Source: an uncultured Bacilli bacterium
GTDB taxonomy: Bacteria; Bacillota_I; Bacilli_A; RF39; UBA660
Length of the DNA: 64,000 nucleotides
Assembly: GCA_934120265.1 (NCBI GenBank)
Contig: CAKOTU010000001.1
Coordinates: 69,395-133,394, forward strand
Reading direction: 5' to 3'
Shown here: positions 38,601 through 48,862 of the stretch, one piece after another
How positions within the stretch are numbered: position 1 is the first letter of the stretch
Layout: each line of letters starts with the position of its first letter
Position numbers and translations under genes: made by a program
The notes under the pieces: model-generated
The model's input: the letters and a program-made list of their open reading frames with translations, nothing else
What the model was told of the DNA's origin: nothing
Databases searched by the model: none

Positions 38601-40310
38601 TATTTAGTTGGTTCCCGTGGTTCTGTTGGTTCAAGCTTTGTTGCAACCATGATGGGAATAACGGAAGTAAATCCACTTCCGGCTCACTATCGTTGTTTAA
38701 ATTGTAAAACAAGTGTTTTTAATGATGATAATGGAGATCCACTAGGTGCCGTATATTCAAGTGGATTTGATCTTCCTGATAAAAAATGTCCTAATTGTAG
38801 AGAAGCCATGTATAAAGATGGTCAAGACATGCCATTTGCTACATTCCTTGGATTTAACGCTGATAAGGTACCAGATATAGATTTAAACTTCTCTGATTTA
38901 AACCAGGCATCTGCTCACGAATATACTAAAGTATTATTTGGTGTTGATAATGTTTATCGTGCTGGTACAATTGGTACAGTTGCTGATAAAACAGCGTTTG
39001 GTTATGTAAAAGGTTATTGTGAAGACAAAGGTATAACAATGAGAACAGCGGAAGTTGAAAGACTAGCTATAGGTTGTACTGGTGTTAAAAGAACAACAGG
39101 ACAACATCCAGGAGGAATAGTTGTTGTTCCTGATTATATGGAAGTTTCTGATTTTACACCATTCCAATTCCCTGCAGATGATCCAACAAGTCCATGGCGT
39201 ACAACACACTTTGATTATCATGCCATAGATCAAGATTTATTAAAACTTGATATCTTAGGGCATTCAGATCCAACCCAACTTCGTATGATTCAAGACTTAA
39301 CTAAAACTGACATTTTGAAAGTTCCAATGGATGATAAAGAAACAATGAGTATCTTTACATCAACTAGGGCATTGGGTGTTACAACAGAACAAATAATGAA
39401 TGATACAGGAACACTTGGTATACCTGAATTTGGTACACCATTTACAGTAAGCATGGTTGCAGAGACTAAGCCAACGACATTTGCCGAACTTATTAAGATT
39501 TCTGGTCTTTCACATGGTACCGATGTATGGTTAGGTAATGCTCAAGAATTAATTAAAAATAATATTGTACCATTTAAAGAGGTTATTGGATGTCGTGACG
39601 ATATTATGGTTTATCTTATGTATCATGGAGTCGCACCAATTAAAGCCTTCAAGATAATGGAGTTTGTACGTAAAGGAAAAGCGAGTAAAGATCCAGATAC
39701 TTGGGCAGGACATAAAGAAACAATGGAAAAAGCTGGTATTGAACCTTGGTTTATTGATTCTTGTCAAAAAATTAAGTACATGTTTCCTAAGGCGCACGCT
39801 GCCGCTTATGTTATTAGTGCCTTTAGAATAGCTTGGTATAAAGTACATATGCCCGTATATTTCTATGCTTCATGGTTAACATCTAAAGCTACAGATGTTG
39901 ATGTTGAAGTAATGATTAAAGGCTATGATGCTATAAAAGCCAAGATAATTGAAATACAAAATAAAGGCTATGATGCAACTAACAAAGAAATGGGACAACT
40001 TGAAAGTTTAAAAGTTTGCTTAGAAGCAACAGCTCGTGGTATTAAATTTTTACCAATTGATCTTAATAAAAGTAACTCAACAGTATGGGGAGTTAAAGAC
40101 GACACCAGTATTTATCCACCATTCTCATCTATTGATGGGCTAGGTGATACAGTTGCCAATAACATTGTCGCAGAACGTGAAAAAGGAACTTTCTTAAGTA
40201 TTGAAGATTTACAAAAACGTGGAAAGATTTCTGGAACATTAATTGAAAAAATGCGTTCAATGGGCATTCTAGATGGTATGGATGAATCAAGTCAACTTAG
40301 TTTATTTTAA
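35658..40310 (+). CDS. polC: DNA polymerase III PolC-type (alpha subunit with intrinsic 3'-5' exonuclease)
   Basis: 1550 aa. PHP domain (VELHAHTMMS), DEDD exonuclease (FVVFDTETTG), zinc-finger CLNC...CPNC, polymerase core. Confidence 0.97.
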   Translation: MEEKLNILLNQIKFDDLNKSSFNGGKIEQIKGNRNHDSYCFYIELESPLSIDAYLEFKEKLPLGFPTVKNVSFKFNLKNYTVDNIKEYINLFMDEYTKENPLLSMFKDNKCEIDNDSIIFEVGNLAEKMKLSSLSSKLLEDLENIGFKDLDVMININAEINSSINEEIKESLKVEIKEEPKKETVKNDKPIYNRSSKKSDDPNAILGRVIDGKVSTINTIFSEEDNVTVDAYVFGVDYFESSKSDFRIITLKITDNTDSMYCKVFVRGDSEYSTLKKALGVGSWLKIRGYTKNDTFSKELVLNARDINKLDKKVEKIEDKAEVKRVELHAHTMMSQMDGLTKIDLGKHTCELVSRAIDMGYRGVAITDHNGCQAFPIAYGIINSYNKKQEDPSKKFKGLYGTELTLVDDTINIVVRPTDLPLEGTTFVVFDTETTGFNAAGGDQMIEIGAVKIRDGNIIDRFDELIDPGCHIPDKITNLTYITDEMVKGKDNEETVTRKFLEWTGDLPMVAHNAKFDISFIEMAMKKYNLGEFKNTVVDTLQLSRAIDQGYARHGLSALVKRYNVPWDEDAHHRADYDAEGTALVYDKMMKKLIAQNYEKISDLERLISKDEIHKFGRTYHFNAIAVNKKGLKNLFKIISLANTVYLYKTPRILRSKLEELREGLLIGSGCYESEVFIEARSKEGQELTNIINFYDYVEVQPPEVYNHLIQSSDFKDEIELENHIKKIVDAVKDAGKIMVATGDVHHFTREDKIYREIIVNQKVPGGGRHPLARNNITNIPSQHFRTTEEMLSDFSFLDKDLAYEIVVTNTNKILDMVEEIEVIIDTNGIPFSPRVKSDDGKSYLDCPRVVTDLVFEKAADWYGENLPYNIEERIAKELYGDIVYKCFSDRIKEANPSISDEEFNKEVFGKVHETIVSGFDKVKEVLSSYLKDKWTEEDGELTDEALNKKLKKELGGIIGGGFDPIYLIAQRLVKHSNDDGYLVGSRGSVGSSFVATMMGITEVNPLPAHYRCLNCKTSVFNDDNGDPLGAVYSSGFDLPDKKCPNCREAMYKDGQDMPFATFLGFNADKVPDIDLNFSDLNQASAHEYTKVLFGVDNVYRAGTIGTVADKTAFGYVKGYCEDKGITMRTAEVERLAIGCTGVKRTTGQHPGGIVVVPDYMEVSDFTPFQFPADDPTSPWRTTHFDYHAIDQDLLKLDILGHSDPTQLRMIQDLTKTDILKVPMDDKETMSIFTSTRALGVTTEQIMNDTGTLGIPEFGTPFTVSMVAETKPTTFAELIKISGLSHGTDVWLGNAQELIKNNIVPFKEVIGCRDDIMVYLMYHGVAPIKAFKIMEFVRKGKASKDPDTWAGHKETMEKAGIEPWFIDSCQKIKYMFPKAHAAAYVISAFRIAWYKVHMPVYFYASWLTSKATDVDVEVMIKGYDAIKAKIIEIQNKGYDATNKEMGQLESLKVCLEATARGIKFLPIDLNKSNSTVWGVKDDTSIYPPFSSIDGLGDTVANNIVAEREKGTFLSIEDLQKRGKISGTLIEKMRSMGILDGMDESSQLSLF

Positions 40311-40336
40311 AAACCGTAAAAAATTACGGTTTTTTG
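40311..40336 (+). terminator. Intrinsic terminator
   Basis: ACCGTAA-aaaa-TTACGGT plus TTTTT. Confidence 0.8.
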
Positions 40337-40395
40337 TTTTGTAAAAAAGGAAATGGAAAAGTTATCTCGTATATTATAAGTAGAAGGAGGTAATC

Positions 40396-41286
40396 ATGAA
40401 TTACTATAAAGAAATAAAAGAAGAATTAATAAATAACGAGATAACAAAAAGAGTAAAAGATTATAGTAAAAATAGAAGTGATTTAAATACATATTATAAT
40501 GTTGGTAAATTGCTATCTGAAGCAGGTAAACATTATGGAGAAGGTATTATTAAAGAGTATTCAAAAAATTTGATTGTTGAAGTGAATAAAAAATATAGCA
40601 CTAGGTTATTATTTAGAATGCGTAGATTATATATTTTTTTTAAGGAAATAAAAATGCCGACATTGTCGGCAAAATTAACAATAAGCCATTATGATGAACT
40701 TTTTAAACTAAATAGCAATAATAAGATCAATTACTATATAAAAATAGCAGAACAACAAAACTTATCAGTAAGACAATTAAGAGAAAAAATAAAAAATAAA
40801 GAGTATGAAAGATTAGATGAAAAGACGAAAGAAAAATTAATAAATAATGAAGAACCTAGAGTGAACGATTTAATAAAGAATCCTATTCTAATTAAGAATA
40901 GTTATAATTATAAAGAAATATCGGAGAAGACATTACAAAAGTTAATACTTGAAGATTTACCAAGTTTTATGAAGGAACTAGGAGAAGGTTTTAGTTTTAT
41001 AGATAATGAATATAAAATCAAAATAGGTGATAGATATAATTATATAGATTTACTTTTATATAATGTTCAATATAAGTGTTATGTAGTAGTAGAACTAAAA
41101 GTAACTGAGTTAAATTATAAACATACGGGACAAATTCAAAATTATATGAATTATATAAATCATAATGTTAGAAATATTGATGATAATGAAACTGTTGGAA
41201 TAATTATTTGCAAAAAAGAAAATAAGTACGTAATAGAATATTGCAGTGATAATAGGATAATATCAAGAAGATATGAATTAGTTTAA
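40396..41286 (+). CDS. YhcG/DUF1016 family PDDEXK nuclease-domain protein
   Basis: C-terminal YNYIDLLLYNVQYKCYVVVELKVTELNYKHTGQIQNYMNY matches the DUF1016 PD-(D/E)xK core. GGAGG RBS. Confidence 0.75.
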   Translation: MNYYKEIKEELINNEITKRVKDYSKNRSDLNTYYNVGKLLSEAGKHYGEGIIKEYSKNLIVEVNKKYSTRLLFRMRRLYIFFKEIKMPTLSAKLTISHYDELFKLNSNNKINYYIKIAEQQNLSVRQLREKIKNKEYERLDEKTKEKLINNEEPRVNDLIKNPILIKNSYNYKEISEKTLQKLILEDLPSFMKELGEGFSFIDNEYKIKIGDRYNYIDLLLYNVQYKCYVVVELKVTELNYKHTGQIQNYMNYINHNVRNIDDNETVGIIICKKENKYVIEYCSDNRIISRRYELV

Positions 41287-41287
41287 A

Positions 41288-42232
41288 CTATTTCACTTCA
41301 AAAGTAGTTTCATCAATAAATTTGTAGTTGGTCATGTATTTAAGTTGTCGTACTAGTTTAAATAATGCATCATCTTTAGCTTTAGCCTCTAACATAACAT
41401 CAATATCAAAATTTAAATGTTTGATAGATTCTAAAAAATTAATAAAATCTTCTGGATTAATATAATCATGATGACTTCGCATATCTTTTTTTGTTTTATT
41501 TTTTTGGCTAGAAAAATGTATTTTAGGATTTATATTATGCCACGTTGAAAATATTTGATAATAATAATCATCAATATTTAAATTATCACTATTACAAATA
41601 TGGTGATGATAATCTAAAACCATTGGTCTGTTTATTTTTTGACATAAATATAAAGTATCTTTAATGTTAAAAACTTTATCATCATTTTCGACAATAATAC
41701 AGTTTTTTATATTTTCTGGTAATTTATTAAAATTATTAATAAATCTTGTTAATGATGATTCTTTTCCAAAAACATTACTTCCAACATGAAGAATCAAATT
41801 TTTATTTTTGATGTTAAGGGCTTCTAAAATATTATAATGATATTTTAGTATTTCAAAGGTATTTTCTAACACTTCTTTTTTAGTGCTATTTAAGACAGTA
41901 AATTGATCTGGGTGCATATCAACACGCATATTATATTTATTAATTTTATTTCCTATCTCATTATATAAAGCTTTATAATTTGCAATATAATCAAAATTTA
42001 CTTCTTTCATAGTTACAAGTGGTATTAAATTAGATGTTAATCGGTAAAAATGAATATTATTTTTTATATTATAGTCTATTATCTCATTTAAAGATTTTAA
42101 ATTCATTTTTACAATTTCATCTAATTTTTGCGTTTTATCTTTTTCTTTTAAGTAATTAGTATAACTAATAGTATGTGATGTTGTAACATCTAATGCTTTA
42201 CTAATTGAAACGTATCCTAGTTTTATAATCAT
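41288..42232 (-). CDS. uvsE: UV damage endonuclease
   Basis: MIIKLGYVSISKAL... start, TIM-barrel-sized 314 aa, HVGS and HHH patterns consistent with UvdE/UvsE. Confidence 0.75.
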   Translation of the reverse strand: MIIKLGYVSISKALDVTTSHTISYTNYLKEKDKTQKLDEIVKMNLKSLNEIIDYNIKNNIHFYRLTSNLIPLVTMKEVNFDYIANYKALYNEIGNKINKYNMRVDMHPDQFTVLNSTKKEVLENTFEILKYHYNILEALNIKNKNLILHVGSNVFGKESSLTRFINNFNKLPENIKNCIIVENDDKVFNIKDTLYLCQKINRPMVLDYHHHICNSDNLNIDDYYYQIFSTWHNINPKIHFSSQKNKTKKDMRSHHDYINPEDFINFLESIKHLNFDIDVMLEAKAKDDALFKLVRQLKYMTNYKFIDETTFEVK

Positions 42233-42296
42233 AATTTCACCAGTATTAGTATATCTTTATATGCCCAAAATATGTTATAATAAAAAAGGTGATAAC

Positions 42297-44888
42297 ATGA
42301 AGAAGATAATTTTAGTAGATGGTAATAACTTATTGTTTAGAAGTTATTATGCGACTGCTTATACTGGCAATTTAATGAAAAATAGTAAAGGGTTTCCTAC
42401 TAATGCACTATTTGGGTTTGCTAATATGATTAATAAAATATTACATGAAGAAAATCCTACTCACATTATAGTTGCGTTTGATAAAGGTAAAACATTTAGA
42501 CATGAAAAATATGCTGATTATAAAGGAGGTAGAGGAGAAACTCCTGATGAATTAAAAATGCAGTTTCCTATCGCTAAAGAGTTATTAACATATATGGGAA
42601 TAAAATACTATGAAATTGATAATTATGAAGCAGATGATATTATTGGAACGTTTGCTAAATTTTGTGATGATGAAGATGAATTTATTGGTACTATTGTAAG
42701 TAGTGATAAGGATTTACTACAATTAATTTCTTCTGATGTTGATATAAAGTTATTAAAACAAAAAGATTATATTAGGTATAATGAGGAAACATTTAAAGAG
42801 TCTTATGGTATAGAACCTATTAGAATTATTGATCTTAAAGCTCTTATGGGTGACTCTTCAGATAACATTCCGGGCGTTAAAGGAATAGGTGAAAAAACAG
42901 CTTTAAAGCTTCTTCAACAGTATGGTAGCCTAGATAATATATATCAAAATATAGATAGTATAAAAGGCGCTACTAAGCAAAAATTAATAGATGATAAAGA
43001 TAATGCCTATAAAAGTTTTGATCTTGCTACTATTGTAAGAGATGTTCCGATGGAAATAGACATTAAAGATGTAGTTTTAAAAGAAAAAAATAGTGAAAAA
43101 TTAAATAGTTTATATGAAGACTTAGAGTTTTATTCATTTTTAAAAAAAGAAAAAGAAGAAAAAAAGATAGTTAGAGAAACTAACGTTACAATTGTTAAGA
43201 ATATAAACGAAGTTCCTAAGATAGAAGAATGTGCCTTTTATTTAGAAATATTGGGTACTAATTATCATAAATCAGAAATAATAGGTGCTGGTGTTTATAA
43301 CCAAGATGTAAGTTTATATATTCCATTTTCTATTTTGAAAGATTGTAAAGACTTACTTACTAATACAGTAAAAAGTGTATATGACTTAAAAAAGACATAT
43401 GTTGCTTTAAAGTGGAACAATATTGATATTACTAATGTAAATTTTGATACTATGATAGCGTCTTCTTTACTTGATTATAATGTAAAAGATGATATTGCTT
43501 ATCTTTCTAATCAAATGGGATATGATTTAGATTTTTATGAAAATGTCTATGGTAAGGGTGTTAAATTACATATCCCAGATGAAATAGAAGTGGCTAAAAA
43601 CTGTATAAATAAAGCTAGATTTGTTTATGAAACCAAAAAAGAATTATTAAATAAGTTAACAGATGAAGAAATGTTAGAGTTATATGATGATATAGAACAT
43701 CCTTTAATCACTGTTTTGGGTGATATGGAATATAATGGGGTATATGTTGATAAAAGTATTTTAGAAGAAATGGGTAAAGAAATAGAAATAAAATTAGAAC
43801 TCTTAAGCAAAGATATTTATAATCTTGCTGGAGAAGAGTTTAATATTTCATCTCCGTTCCAGCTTGGTGATATTCTTTTTGATAAGCTTGGATTACCTCA
43901 TGGTAAAAAAGGTACTAGAGGATATTCTACTGCTATAGATGTTTTAGAAAAAATAAAAGATAAACATCCAATTATAAACTTAATTATTGAACACCGCAAT
44001 TTAACAAAATTGAATTCAACATATATTGAAGGTTTAATAAATAGTATCATGCCTGATAATAAAGTTCATACCATTTATACACAAGCTTTAACTAGAACTG
44101 GACGTTTGTCTTCAATCGAACCTAACTTACAAAATATTCCAGTTAGGGATGAATACGGAAAACTAATAAGAAAAGCTTTTATTCCATCACCTAATTCAAT
44201 TATTGTAAGTGCGGATTATTCACAAATAGAACTTAGAATTCTAGCATCAATTGCTAACGTAGAAGCTTTAAAACAAGCATTTAAAGACGGAAAAGATATT
44301 CATAGTAAAACAGCTAGTGATATATTTGGTGTACCAATTGATATGGTAACTAAGAGTATGAGAAGAATAGCTAAAGCTGTTAATTTTGGTATTGTTTATG
44401 GAATTAGTGGTTTTGGTTTATCAGAAAATATAGGTGTATCTACAAAGAAAGCTAAAGAATTTATTAATAATTACTTAGAAACATACCCTGGAATAAAGAA
44501 TTATATGGATGATACTATTGCTAAAGCCAAAGAAGTTGGTTACGTAAGAACTTTATTTAATCGTAAAAGAATTATTCCAGAGTTAAATAATAAAAATTAT
44601 ATGATTAGAAGTGCTGGAGAAAGAATTGCTTTAAATACCCCAATTCAAGGCACTAGCGCTGATATTATAAAAAAAGCTATGATCGAAATTGATAAAAAGT
44701 TTAAGGAAAACAATATTAAAAGTAAAATGATTTTACAAGTTCATGATGAACTTATATTTGATACCCTAAAAGAGGAAAAAGAAAAAGTGTGCGAGATAAT
44801 TGAAAGCGTTATGGATGCAGATTATAATATAAATGTTCCTTTAGAAATTGATATAGAAAGTGGTGAAGATTGGTATCAAGCCAAATAA
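42297..44888 (+). CDS. polA: DNA polymerase I
   Basis: 5' nuclease domain (ILVDGNNLLFRSYYA, GDSSDNIPGVKGIGEKTA). Pol motifs DYSQIELRILA, RRIAKAVNFGIVYG, QVHDELIF. Confidence 0.95.
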   Translation: MKKIILVDGNNLLFRSYYATAYTGNLMKNSKGFPTNALFGFANMINKILHEENPTHIIVAFDKGKTFRHEKYADYKGGRGETPDELKMQFPIAKELLTYMGIKYYEIDNYEADDIIGTFAKFCDDEDEFIGTIVSSDKDLLQLISSDVDIKLLKQKDYIRYNEETFKESYGIEPIRIIDLKALMGDSSDNIPGVKGIGEKTALKLLQQYGSLDNIYQNIDSIKGATKQKLIDDKDNAYKSFDLATIVRDVPMEIDIKDVVLKEKNSEKLNSLYEDLEFYSFLKKEKEEKKIVRETNVTIVKNINEVPKIEECAFYLEILGTNYHKSEIIGAGVYNQDVSLYIPFSILKDCKDLLTNTVKSVYDLKKTYVALKWNNIDITNVNFDTMIASSLLDYNVKDDIAYLSNQMGYDLDFYENVYGKGVKLHIPDEIEVAKNCINKARFVYETKKELLNKLTDEEMLELYDDIEHPLITVLGDMEYNGVYVDKSILEEMGKEIEIKLELLSKDIYNLAGEEFNISSPFQLGDILFDKLGLPHGKKGTRGYSTAIDVLEKIKDKHPIINLIIEHRNLTKLNSTYIEGLINSIMPDNKVHTIYTQALTRTGRLSSIEPNLQNIPVRDEYGKLIRKAFIPSPNSIIVSADYSQIELRILASIANVEALKQAFKDGKDIHSKTASDIFGVPIDMVTKSMRRIAKAVNFGIVYGISGFGLSENIGVSTKKAKEFINNYLETYPGIKNYMDDTIAKAKEVGYVRTLFNRKRIIPELNNKNYMIRSAGERIALNTPIQGTSADIIKKAMIEIDKKFKENNIKSKMILQVHDELIFDTLKEEKEKVCEIIESVMDADYNINVPLEIDIESGEDWYQAK

Positions 44889-44891
44889 TTT

Positions 44892-45755
44892 ATGAGAAAA
44901 GAAAATAAAGTAATGTTAACTAGTATGATAGTTAACTCTTTTCTTTCTATTATTAAAATAATAGTTGGAATAGTAGGTAAGTCATCTGCGCTTATTGCAG
45001 ATGGTATTCATTCTTTTAGTGATTTATTCACCGATGTTTTTGCAATATTTGGGAATTTACTTAGCAGGAAACCAGCAGATGAAAAGCATCCTTTCGGTCA
45101 CGGAAAATTAGAATATTTAACCAGCATTGGAATTGGATTAGTTATTTTATTTGTAGGATTTTCAATAATATATAATTCATATAATACTAAAATAATAATT
45201 CCTAGTATTTTAGTAGTTTTAGTAAGTTTATTTACTATTATTTCTAAATATTTACTAGCACACTATATAATAAAAAAAGGAAAAGAATATAAAAATAATA
45301 TTTTGATATCGAGTGGTAAAGAATCGTCTATGGATGTTTTAAGTTCGGTTGTAGTTCTAGTCGCGACTATTTTAATGCGTTTTTCAAGTAAAATTGAAAT
45401 CTTAAAATATGCAGACAAAATTGCAACCATCGTAGTAGGGCTATTTATTATAAAAGTTGGTTTTGATGTACTAAAAGAAAATATTAGTACTATTTTGGGA
45501 GAACAAGAAATAGATCCTGTATATTTAGAAAATATAAGAAAAATAATAACAAAAGAAAAAGAGGTAATATGTGTTGATGAACTTACATTAATAAAATATG
45601 GTTATTATTTTAAAATCGTTTGTGAAGTAGGAATGAATGGTAATTTAAGCTTGAAAAAAAGTCATGATGTTTTAGAAAAAATAGAAAAGGAATTAAAAAA
45701 ATATGATGAAAGAAACAGATATATAACTATTCATGTTAATCCATATGGTGATTAA
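44892..45755 (+). CDS. Cation diffusion facilitator family transporter
   Basis: SSALIADGIHSFSDLFTD motif, 6 TM segments, cytoplasmic C-terminal domain. Confidence 0.85.
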   Translation: MRKENKVMLTSMIVNSFLSIIKIIVGIVGKSSALIADGIHSFSDLFTDVFAIFGNLLSRKPADEKHPFGHGKLEYLTSIGIGLVILFVGFSIIYNSYNTKIIIPSILVVLVSLFTIISKYLLAHYIIKKGKEYKNNILISSGKESSMDVLSSVVVLVATILMRFSSKIEILKYADKIATIVVGLFIIKVGFDVLKENISTILGEQEIDPVYLENIRKIITKEKEVICVDELTLIKYGYYFKIVCEVGMNGNLSLKKSHDVLEKIEKELKKYDERNRYITIHVNPYGD

Positions 45756-45812
45756 ATAAAACTTATACTATCTTTAGTAAATACAAATAATAAAAGTTTA
45801 TGAATTATAACT

Positions 45813-45847
45813 GTGACACTTATTACGTAAATAAGTGTCACTTTTTA
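45813..45847 (+). terminator. Intrinsic terminator
   Basis: GTGACACTTATT-acgta-AATAAGTGTCAC plus TTTTT. Confidence 0.8.
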
Positions 45848-45910
45848 TTGCTATAAAAAGTTTTAAAAAATAGGTATACGTGATATAATAAAATAAGATT
45901 GGAGGCAGTT

Positions 45911-48217
45911 ATGAATTACACAGATATAGATACAGGATTAACAAAAAAACAAGTTGAAATTCGTAAAAAACAAAAATTAGTTAATTATAATTCAGAAGTG
46001 CCTACAAAAGGTATAAAAGAAATTATAAGAGATAATATATTTACTCTTTTTAATTTACTAAATTTAGTTTTAGGATTATTGATTTTTTTAGTAGGATCAT
46101 ATAAGAATTTACTTTTTTTAGGGGTTGTTATATGTAATACGTTAATAAGTATTTTTCAAGAGATAAGAGCAAAAATAGAAATAGATAAATTATCTATTAT
46201 TGCGGAAACAAAAGTTACTGTAAAAAGAGATGAAAAAGAAAATATTATAGGTATTAATGAGATTGTTATTGATGATATTATAAACTTTAAAGTTGGTAAT
46301 CAAGTAGTTGTTGATAGTGTTGTAAGAAGTGGTAGGGTTGAAGTTGATGAATCTTTTATTACTGGGGAATCTAAGCCACGTGTAAAAAAAACTGGTGATA
46401 CTATTCTTTCTGGAAGTTTCATTGTAAGTGGAAAATGTTTAGCCCAAGTTATACATATTGGAGAAGATAACTATACATCTAAAATAACTAATGGAGCTAA
46501 ATATATAAAAAAGATAGACTCTTTACTTTTGAATTCGCTAAATAAAATAATAAAGTTAGTTTCTATAGTTATAATTCCTTTAGGACTTCTACTTTTTATC
46601 AACCAATTTTTTATCATTCATCAATCATTTTCTAATGCTATAGTAAATGTTGTAGCAGCGTTAGTTGCAATGATTCCTGAAGGTCTTGTATTACTTACTA
46701 GTACAGCTTTAGCTGTTAGTTCGATTAAACTTGCGCATAATAAAGTTTTAATTAAGCAATTATATTCAATTGAGTCTTTAGCGCGCGTTGATACAATATG
46801 TTTTGATAAAACAGGTACTCTTACGGAAGGTGTAATGGAAGTAAGTAAATATATTCCTCTTACTAATAAAAAATATGATGTTAAAGAAATAATGAGTGAA
46901 ATATGTAATGTTTTTGATAATGAAAATGAAACTATGGCTGCTTTAACCCGTTATTTTGGCGTTCATAATAATTATAAGGTGGAAAAAAGTATACCATTTT
47001 CATCAGATCGTAAATATTCTAAGGTTAGCTTTGAAACTTTAGGAACATATATTTTAGGTGCTCCGGAAATAATATTAAAAGAAAAGTATAACGATTATGA
47101 TATTGATAAATATGTTAAAGATGGAAGAATAGTACTTTTAGCAGAAGAAAAATATAAAGATATTTATCCTATTGCAATTATTTTGATTCAAGATAAAATT
47201 AGAAAAAATGTTTTGAAAACAATTGAGTATTTTAAAAAAGAAAATGTGGATGTTAAGATAGTATCTGGTGATAATCCTAAAACCATTTTAAATATTGCAA
47301 ATAGATTAAATCTTGGTATTAAAAAGTATAAAGATGTATCAAAATTAAGTGATGAAAAGTTAGAAGAGATAGTAGAAGATTATTCAATATTTGGACGTGT
47401 TAGTCCTTACCAAAAGAAAACTATCATTAATGCTTTAAAGAAAAAAGGGCATAAAGTAGCAATGATTGGTGATGGAGTTAATGATGTTCTAGCATTAAAA
47501 GAAGCAGATTCAAGTATAGCTTTAAATAATGGCAGTGAAGCAGCACGTAATGTTGGGGAACTTGTTTTACTAGACTCTAATTTTGATGCAATGCCTTTAA
47601 TCGTAAAAGAAGGGAGAAGAACAATTAACAACATTGAAAGATCAGCAAGTCTTTTCATAGTAAAAACAGTATATGCATCATTACTTGCTTTAATATTTGT
47701 TTTTCTCCCCCTAAAGTATCCTTTTATTCCAATTCAATTAACACTCACTAGTTCATTTACAATCGGCATACCATCATTTATTTTAGCACTTGAACCTAAT
47801 AAGGATGTTATTAGAGGAAACTTTTTATATAATATCTTTAAGGCAGCAATTCCAACCGCCCTTACAATTGTTATTAATATTTTAATTACGGTTATATTTG
47901 GGTCTATTTTTAACGTAGATTCAAAAGAAGTATCTACTATAGCTGTTACTTTAGTAGGATTTACAGGATTTGTTCATTTGTATAGGATTTGTAAACCACT
48001 AAACAAATTAAGAACAACTTTAATTGTTACGCTAGTTCTTTTCTTTGCTTTTGGTGTAGTTGGTCTTAATAATTTATTCTCTTTAACTATATTTAATTTA
48101 AGAATGTTACTTGTAATGATAGTTTTATTCTTAAATACTATATTGCTTCTTAAAGTAAATACTATATTCTTTGAAAAGAAAATCTATAAGAGACTTAATA
48201 AAATATTACAAAAATAG
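45911..48217 (+). CDS. Cation-translocating P-type ATPase
   Basis: ICFDKTGTLTEG phosphorylation site, TGES, MIGDGVNDVLALKEAD hinge. ATG after GGAGG. Confidence 0.9.
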   Translation: MNYTDIDTGLTKKQVEIRKKQKLVNYNSEVPTKGIKEIIRDNIFTLFNLLNLVLGLLIFLVGSYKNLLFLGVVICNTLISIFQEIRAKIEIDKLSIIAETKVTVKRDEKENIIGINEIVIDDIINFKVGNQVVVDSVVRSGRVEVDESFITGESKPRVKKTGDTILSGSFIVSGKCLAQVIHIGEDNYTSKITNGAKYIKKIDSLLLNSLNKIIKLVSIVIIPLGLLLFINQFFIIHQSFSNAIVNVVAALVAMIPEGLVLLTSTALAVSSIKLAHNKVLIKQLYSIESLARVDTICFDKTGTLTEGVMEVSKYIPLTNKKYDVKEIMSEICNVFDNENETMAALTRYFGVHNNYKVEKSIPFSSDRKYSKVSFETLGTYILGAPEIILKEKYNDYDIDKYVKDGRIVLLAEEKYKDIYPIAIILIQDKIRKNVLKTIEYFKKENVDVKIVSGDNPKTILNIANRLNLGIKKYKDVSKLSDEKLEEIVEDYSIFGRVSPYQKKTIINALKKKGHKVAMIGDGVNDVLALKEADSSIALNNGSEAARNVGELVLLDSNFDAMPLIVKEGRRTINNIERSASLFIVKTVYASLLALIFVFLPLKYPFIPIQLTLTSSFTIGIPSFILALEPNKDVIRGNFLYNIFKAAIPTALTIVINILITVIFGSIFNVDSKEVSTIAVTLVGFTGFVHLYRICKPLNKLRTTLIVTLVLFFAFGVVGLNNLFSLTIFNLRMLLVMIVLFLNTILLLKVNTIFFEKKIYKRLNKILQK

Positions 48218-48224
48218 GTGACTT

Positions 48225-48860
48225 ATGAAGTACGAAATAAATAATGAAGTATATGATGTAGTTATTGAAAAAAAGAATAATAAAAATTTGTATATTAGAG
48301 TTAAAGAAGATTTGACAATATTAGTTACAACTAATTATTTAACATCTAAAAAACAAATCCTAGATGTCTTAGAACAAAATCAGTCATATATATTAAAGAT
48401 GATTGAAAAAAGAAAAAAAGAGATCGAAAAAGATAAATATATTTTATATCTTGGAAATAAATATGACTTAGTATTTGGAAACTTGTTCGATGAAGTGGAA
48501 ATTGCTGGAAATAAAATATATGCTCATGATCAAAAACAATTTGACAAGTGGTACAAAAAACAAATGCAAAATATTTTTGACGAACATTATCAAATGTTAT
48601 ATAATAAATTTGAAGAACAAATTCCATTTTACAGAATGCGAATTAGAGAAATGAAAACTCGTTGGGGAGTGTGTAATGTTAAGAGTAAAACAATAACTCT
48701 TAATTCTAGACTAATAGAGTATCCATTAGAAGCTTTAGATTATGTTATTGTTCATGAACTTTCTCATTTAATTCATTTTAATCATTCAAGTAGTTTTTGG
48801 AATTTAGTAGCGAAGTATAAACCAGATTATAAAAGAATCAGAAAAGAATTGAAGGAGTAA
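48225..48860 (+). CDS. YgjP-like M48/DUF45 metal-dependent hydrolase
   Basis: RWGVCN...ITLNSRL...VIVHELSHLIHFNHS motif. Confidence 0.8.
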   Translation: MKYEINNEVYDVVIEKKNNKNLYIRVKEDLTILVTTNYLTSKKQILDVLEQNQSYILKMIEKRKKEIEKDKYILYLGNKYDLVFGNLFDEVEIAGNKIYAHDQKQFDKWYKKQMQNIFDEHYQMLYNKFEEQIPFYRMRIREMKTRWGVCNVKSKTITLNSRLIEYPLEALDYVIVHELSHLIHFNHSSSFWNLVAKYKPDYKRIRKELKE

Positions 48861-48862
48861 TT

